Source: an uncultured Hyphomicrobiales bacterium (GTDB taxonomy: Bacteria > Pseudomonadota > Alphaproteobacteria > Rhizobiales > Beijerinckiaceae). From it: a stretch of DNA of 64,000 nt. Where the stretch lies: contig CAISEY010000302.1 in the NCBI GenBank assembly GCA_903884435.1, positions 27,873 to 91,872 of the forward strand, written 5' to 3'. A program made the translations under genes and the position numbers. Under the pieces are notes generated by a model. It was not told the origin of the DNA and did no database searches. It saw only the letters and a program-made list of their open reading frames with translations. Shown here in pieces: positions 59,236-64,000 of this stretch (position 1 is its first letter; each line of letters opens with the position of its first letter).

Positions 59236-60357
59236 TCACTGCATGTTTTGTCGGCGGCGGTGCGCGACGCGCTCCGCCGGACTGAACCGCGCGTCACACC
59301 TGTATTCGGTCGCCGGATAGTTCGGCGACATCCAGGTCGTCCACCCGAGAGCCCCGCTGGCTCCGAGGCGCACCGGCTCCGCCTTCGGCGCGGGCAGGGC
59401 CAGCTCCACGTCCCATTCAAACTCGTCCCCGATGTAGAAATAAACGAGGTCCACGAGCTTTTCGCAAGTCTCCCCTTCCGGGAGGAAGCGCCGGTATGTC
59501 TCGAGATCCTCGACGAATATACGCACGCGGAACTTGTCCTGCACGCTGAAGGCCGCCTTGCCGACGAGCAGGTCGGAGCCCAGGCCGCTGTTGCGCGCGC
59601 CGAGCAGGGAGCGCTCGCCCTCCTCGAATTCGAGCCAGGTCCCGATGAACTGGTCGATCTCCGCCTCGACGCCGAACAGGCCCTTGATGGCGGAGCGCAG
59701 CCGCGAGGCCGAACGCGCTTTTGGCGCGAGGAGGCCCGCGTAGAGCCCGATGCCCTCGGGGACGTGGCGGAGCTCCTCGAAGGGCGGCGTTCCCACGCCG
59801 ATCATCGATTTCACGTAGGCGTGAAACCGGTCGAAATCAGGCCTGTCGTTGTGAACGATTGGTCGCGCGTCGGCCCAGGCGCGAAAGAACAATTGCAGGA
59901 AACGCTGGTTGAAAATATCGAAAAACGTCGGCAGCGCGCGGTCGTTCGCCTGCGCGTAGCCATGGGCTTCCTCGGTGATAGCCAGGGGCAGCGAGCCCTG
60001 CGGCCCGAGCAGGCCCAGGAACTTCGAGTAAATCCGCACGCGCTTCTGCGTCGTGTCCCGCTCGACGTCGACCCGCGCGATGTTCGACGCGAGAAACTCG
60101 AGATGCGGCTCCTGACCGAAGGAAACGAGATATTCGGTGGAGCCGCACATCACGACTTCGTCGCGACGCGCCGCGCTGTCGCCAATGCGCGGACGCGGCC
60201 CGAGCGCGCGCATCTCCGGCGCGCCCTCCGAACCAGCCGTCTCCGGAACCGCGGGAACATGAGGCCGCGACCTGCCGAGCGTGCGCTCGACCCGGCGCAT
60301 CGCGTCGAGAAGATCGAAGCGGTAAGGCTCCTTTTCGATGTCCTCGAACCACGTCAT
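59236..60357 (-). CDS. tssG: Type VI secretion baseplate subunit TssG
   Basis: EPYRFD, FGQEPHLEF, FLGLLGPQGSLPL, FFDIFNQRFLQLFFRAW, LGWTTW. Confidence 0.92.
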   Translation of the reverse strand: MTWFEDIEKEPYRFDLLDAMRRVERTLGRSRPHVPAVPETAGSEGAPEMRALGPRPRIGDSAARRDEVVMCGSTEYLVSFGQEPHLEFLASNIARVDVERDTTQKRVRIYSKFLGLLGPQGSLPLAITEEAHGYAQANDRALPTFFDIFNQRFLQLFFRAWADARPIVHNDRPDFDRFHAYVKSMIGVGTPPFEELRHVPEGIGLYAGLLAPKARSASRLRSAIKGLFGVEAEIDQFIGTWLEFEEGERSLLGARNSGLGSDLLVGKAAFSVQDKFRVRIFVEDLETYRRFLPEGETCEKLVDLVYFYIGDEFEWDVELALPAPKAEPVRLGASGALGWTTWMSPNYPATEYRCDARFSPAERVAHRRRQNMQ

Positions 60358-62315
60358 AGCGGCTTCCTCGCGCCGACGCGCGCGGGCCAGCGCATGATCT
60401 CGCCGCGCTCGACCGTGCGCATGACGAATTGCGTGAAATGATTGAAGGCCGCGTATTCGCTGTAAAACCGCTCGAGAATACAGCCGAGGAGAAAGGCGCC
60501 GCTGCCCTCGAAGGCCTTGTCGTCGATGGTGACGGAAATCTCGACGCCCCGCGCGGGTCCGATGCCGCCCTGCTGCCGCACCCGGCGCACCACGGGCCGG
60601 CTTTCCACCGACTTGATGCCGCGAATGCGACGCTCGACCGCGCTGTCCGCGAGATCGGCGAACATCGACAGGATTTCGCGCAGCGCCTCCGCGCTCTTGC
60701 CCGCGCCATGTTCGACGAGGCCGAGATGGTTCAGCGTGAGCATGTTGATGAGACGCCAGGCGACGACCCCGGTGTGGGCCGTCTCGGTGCGGCTGCGCAA
60801 TTGCTTCGTCACGGATTCACGCGGGGGCGTCGGCGCGGCGACGCACCTGACGGCGAGAGTCGCGTCCTCGGCGAGGCTGAAGTCCGATCCGCCCTGCCCC
60901 ACGGGAATGTGCTCCGTGAGATGACGGTTGGAGCAGAGCGCGCGAATGCTGAGTTCCGCGACCGACAGCTCGTCGTCCATGAAGGCGGGCTCGCCGATGG
61001 AGATGAACATGTCGGAGCCGGCGTAGTTCGAACTCGAGCCGTACTTGCGTTCCTCGATCGTGCGTCGCCGCGGCAGACGGCGGATCGTGTAGCAAAGATC
61101 GTTCGAGCCGCGCGCGTTGCCGGCGGCCGAGTAGAGCGGACGCACCGGCACCTTGTCGGATCCGCCCGCGTAATGGGCGTAGACGTCGAGCACGCGATGC
61201 GGTTCGAATTCGAGATAACGGCTCCGGTCGGGGACGACGTGATATTCGTACTGGTTCGACCGGACGGGAACCCGGTCCGTCGTCATTTCGAACAGATTGA
61301 CGGCCGGCGCCGCGTAAAGCGAGAACATGGAGGCCTGCACCGCCGCCGGGAGGCGCGCGTTGACCTCGTCGAATCCGAAGATCACGTCGACGTTTTTCGA
61401 TGGCAGCTTGCGGACGGCCTCGTCGAGTCCCGTCAGGCGGAAGCCGAGGAACTTGCGCGGAAACACGAAATATTCATGCAGCATGTCGAAGCCGCGAAAC
61501 ACCCGAAGATCGAGCGGCAGCAAGGCTTCGTCGTCTCCGAAACCGACGGGCGCGACGCAATCGGGCGGCGCGGGAACGATCACTGGATTGCCGAACTGGT
61601 CGGCGTAGCGAAACCATACGGCGCGGCAATGACCGAACAATTGCTCGCACAGGGCGTCCGCGTCGGCCTCCGCGCCGCCGAGATAGACGGGCAGTTCCTG
61701 GATGCGACACCCCTGAAACCAGACGTCCGGTTTTTTCTGCGATTCCTGAACGCTCACCTCGTCGTCGACGCGGGCGGCGGAGCGATGGCCCAGCGACAGG
61801 CGAAGCCCCGCCACTATGCCGCGCCCGCCCGGCGCGCCGGCGGCCTGAACCGCGCCGGCGGAGGCCATGTATTCGGCGCCAGTGACCTCGAACGGCCACA
61901 TGACGATCTTCGACGTCGTGCGGAACCGGCAGGACACCCGCCGGTCGTGCTCGACATAAACCGCGTCGAGCGCCGAACCGCGGACGATCTCGCGTCCCTC
62001 GCGCAGGGCCGGATCGCCCCATGGCGGAGTGATCGAAACCAGCATCGCCGAGGGCGTCGGCGCGAGATAATGCGGAACCAGTTGCTCGAGCAGATTGTTG
62101 GTGAATTCCGGAAACTCGTGTTTCAGCTTGAGCTGGACGCGCGCCGCGAGGAAGGCCGTGCCTTCCAGAAGCCCGGCGACCATCGGGTCGGTGCGATCGC
62201 GCAGCAGGCCGCCAAGACGCCCGGCGATCCCCGGATATTCCTCCGCGAATTCGGCGGCGTGCTCGTAGAGCAGCTCCAGTTCCCGGTTGTAGAGATCGAG
62301 AAACTCGCGATCCAT
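60354..62315 (-). CDS. tssF: Type VI secretion baseplate subunit TssF
   Basis: YNREL..EFAEEYP.IA.RL, DP.V..LLEG.AFLAAR, HYLAPTPS, EYFVFPRKF, PAVNLF, CSNRHL, WRLINMLTLNHL. Confidence 0.95.
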   Translation of the reverse strand: MDREFLDLYNRELELLYEHAAEFAEEYPGIAGRLGGLLRDRTDPMVAGLLEGTAFLAARVQLKLKHEFPEFTNNLLEQLVPHYLAPTPSAMLVSITPPWGDPALREGREIVRGSALDAVYVEHDRRVSCRFRTTSKIVMWPFEVTGAEYMASAGAVQAAGAPGGRGIVAGLRLSLGHRSAARVDDEVSVQESQKKPDVWFQGCRIQELPVYLGGAEADADALCEQLFGHCRAVWFRYADQFGNPVIVPAPPDCVAPVGFGDDEALLPLDLRVFRGFDMLHEYFVFPRKFLGFRLTGLDEAVRKLPSKNVDVIFGFDEVNARLPAAVQASMFSLYAAPAVNLFEMTTDRVPVRSNQYEYHVVPDRSRYLEFEPHRVLDVYAHYAGGSDKVPVRPLYSAAGNARGSNDLCYTIRRLPRRRTIEERKYGSSSNYAGSDMFISIGEPAFMDDELSVAELSIRALCSNRHLTEHIPVGQGGSDFSLAEDATLAVRCVAAPTPPRESVTKQLRSRTETAHTGVVAWRLINMLTLNHLGLVEHGAGKSAEALREILSMFADLADSAVERRIRGIKSVESRPVVRRVRQQGGIGPARGVEISVTIDDKAFEGSGAFLLGCILERFYSEYAAFNHFTQFVMRTVERGEIMRWPARVGARKPL

Positions 62316-62318
62316 CGC

Positions 62319-62384
62319 CTACAACCGCTGAATCTGGATTTTGCCGGTCGTCACCTCGATGTCCGCGACGAATTCGAGAGGAAC
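62319..62384 (-). pseudogene. tssE: 3' remnant of tssE (last ~21 codons)
   Basis: VPLEFVADIEVTTGKIQIQRL* ends 3 bp before the tssF start and resembles the rhizobial TssE C-terminus as recalled. Upstream of 62385 the frame is merely the antisense of another gene. Confidence 0.7.
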
Positions 62385-62386
62385 GT

Positions 62387-63394
62387 ATGGCCGAAATCGT
62401 CGCCTCGAAACTGGACGAGAGCGGGACGCCGAAATCGCGCGCTGCCGCGAAGGCGCCGCTGCCGCGCGGAACGAAGGCCGCCGCCGTGAAACCGGAGTCC
62501 GGCGGCGCGCTGAAATGGACGATCGTTTCACTGTTCGCCGTGGCTTTTCTCGGCGCGGGCGGTTTCGTCGGCTATCTGACGTGGTCCGATCAGTGGAGCT
62601 TTGAAAAACCGGCGACGGGACCAACAGGCCCCGTCCCGATCCGCGTTCCCGTCGATCCGACCCCCGTCCGGCCACCGCCGGTGGATCAGAATCCGGTTCG
62701 CCCGCCGCCCGTCGATCTCGCGCCGGTCAGGCCGCCTCCGGTCGATCCCGTCAGGATCGAGCCTCCGCCCAACCCCGCGGACCCCGTGCTGCGCTTCATC
62801 CGCGATTACGACGGCGGCGACTGTTTTCTCGCCATGCCGATCGAGGTCACCGCGAAAACGGCGGAGATCGAGGCTTTCGCCCAGAGCCGCAAGCCGTTCG
62901 ACGATTTCGACGCCGCCTTCACGAAACGGCTGGGCTGGGAAGCCATGATCGACGGCGGCGAAGTCGCGCCAGGCCATTGCGCCGCCTTGCGTTTCGCCCG
63001 CGCCCTGCGCGTGGCCGCGAAGGCCAGCCCGGCGAAGCTCGAAATCTCGAAAACCTCGCTGAAGCCAGGCGAAACGCTCGAAGGCGCGTTTTTCTCCGAC
63101 GCGCCGGAGGTCACGCTGCTCGTCGTCGACGATTCCGGCGGTTTTCTCGACGTGACGGGGAAATTGACGGGCGCCGGCCCGCGCCGGGCCTTTTCGCTCG
63201 CCGGCATCAGCAAATCGCCCGGCGCGCGCCTCCAGCCCATGCTGGCGCTCGCGATTGGCAGCCAGCGCCGGATTCCCTCGCTGCGGCCACTCGCCGCGAC
63301 GGGCAGGGCCGAGCTTTTCGCGACGGCCTCCCGTGAAATCGAGAGTCAGGGCGGCCCCGTGGAGATCGCGGTCAAGTTCTTCAAGTTACAGTGA
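62387..63394 (+). pseudogene. C-terminal half (TM, Pro-rich linker, periplasmic domain) of a probable T6SS-linked Ser/Thr protein kinase, kinase domain missing
   Basis: Begins MAEI, like the end of kinase subdomain XI (RPxSMAEI), with no room for a promoter. TM WTIVSLFAVAFLGAGGFVGYLTW, Pro repeats, then a YDGGDCF...GHCAAL domain. The family assignment is from recall, not a search. Confidence 0.55.
62648..62755 (+). repeat. 30-bp (10-aa) coding tandem repeat PVDxxPVRPP x3.5
   Basis: PVDPTPVRPP-PVDQNPVRPP-PVDLAPVRPP-PVDPVR. Confidence 0.85.
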
Positions 63395-63488
63395 TGTGCG
63401 ATTTGGCACACCGCTCTCCGATGGGATATGGGACACGAGGCATTCGTGGAATCCCGAGAAAGGGCGGCAGAGATTGCCGCGTCGCGCC

Positions 63489-64000
63489 ATGAGAAGCTCA
63501 ATCGCTTTTTACGTCCTCGCGGCAACGCTTGGGGTGCTTCCGCGAAGCGGACACGCCCAGCAGGCCGTCGGTGAATTTCGCGCCCTTCTCGTGGGCATCG
63601 ACGCCTACAAGCACGTAACGCCGCTCAAGGGCTCCGTCGCCGACGTGCGCGACCTCGAGGGCAGCCTGAAACAGATCGGCTCGCGCGACGTTCGCGTCGT
63701 CCTCGACGGCGCGGCCACCCGCGGCGCCGTTCTCTCGGAATTCGCCGGAATGGTGTCGCGGACCAACCGCGGCGACACGATCTTCCTGTCCGTCTCCGGC
63801 CATGGCGCGCAGGAACCGGAGCGCGTGAAGGGCTCGGCGCCGGACGGCATGGACAGCGTCTTCCTGCTGGCCGACTTCGATCCGGTCGATCGCGCGCGTT
63901 ACGACGAGAAAATCCTCAATTCGGAATTCAATCACTTCGTCAAGCAGGTCGAGGACAAGGGCGCGCGCGTCGTGTTTATCGCCGACACCTGTTCGGGCGG
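63489..64000 (+). CDS. Secreted caspase-family (peptidase C14) protein, partial (runs off window)
   Basis: Own translation: MRSSIAFYVLAATLGVLPRSGHAQ (signal peptide)..RALLVGIDAY..LKGSVADV..FLSVSGHG..VFIADTCSG; His-Cys dyad intact. Not in the ORF track. Confidence 0.88.
   Translation, partial: MRSSIAFYVLAATLGVLPRSGHAQQAVGEFRALLVGIDAYKHVTPLKGSVADVRDLEGSLKQIGSRDVRVVLDGAATRGAVLSEFAGMVSRTNRGDTIFLSVSGHGAQEPERVKGSAPDGMDSVFLLADFDPVDRARYDEKILNSEFNHFVKQVEDKGARVVFIADTCSG

Noticed and set aside
57124-62489. 1105-aa and 686-aa plus-strand ORFs
   Set aside because: Antisense to tssH, tssG and tssF
62319-62675. 118-aa minus-strand ORF as a complete tssE
   Set aside because: Only the last ~21 residues look like TssE; the rest is the antisense of the 62387 ORF
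62648-62755. 30-bp periodic repeat as a CRISPR array
   Set aside because: No spacers; the units vary at synonymous positions and encode a Pro-rich linker; no cas genes
63412-63430. TTGGCAC as a sigma54 -24 box upstream of the caspase gene (also TGGCAC at ~32302 and ~32353)
   Set aside because: No GC at the required -12 spacing in any of these

Overview
High-GC alphaproteobacterial DNA. The gene content and palindromic repeats suggest Hyphomicrobiales, which is an inference. Positions 1-56,100 are a dense catabolic/uptake region with no transcription-regulator gene. It encodes a UbiD decarboxylase, an ACAD10/11 (lvaA/C/D)-like kinase + acyl-CoA dehydrogenase + SDR module, a Baeyer-Villiger monooxygenase and two luciferase-like monooxygenases. 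It also holds TWO paralogous amidohydrolase-amidohydrolase-Rieske cassettes that resemble AibH1H2/AibG-type dinuclear-metal C-H monooxygenases and flank an ABC importer. Further genes are three CoxL-like molybdo-hydroxylase large subunits with a single M/S pair, a three-subunit thiocyanate-hydrolase-like Co-nitrile hydratase, a hydantoinase/carboxylase A + B whose B subunit carries a fused acetone-carboxylase gamma domain, a gentisate-dioxygenase-like cupin, nine solute-binding proteins and a BrnT/BrnA-like toxin-antitoxin pair. Positions 56,500-64,000 are part of a type VI secretion locus (tssH, tssG, tssF). It breaks at ~62,386, where the 3' tail of tssE is joined back-to-back to the kinase-less C-terminal half of a probable membrane Ser/Thr kinase (deletion or misassembly). 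A secreted caspase-family protease follows and runs off the window. No rRNA, tRNA, CRISPR array or transposase was seen. All family calls come from motifs read by eye; no database searches were run.
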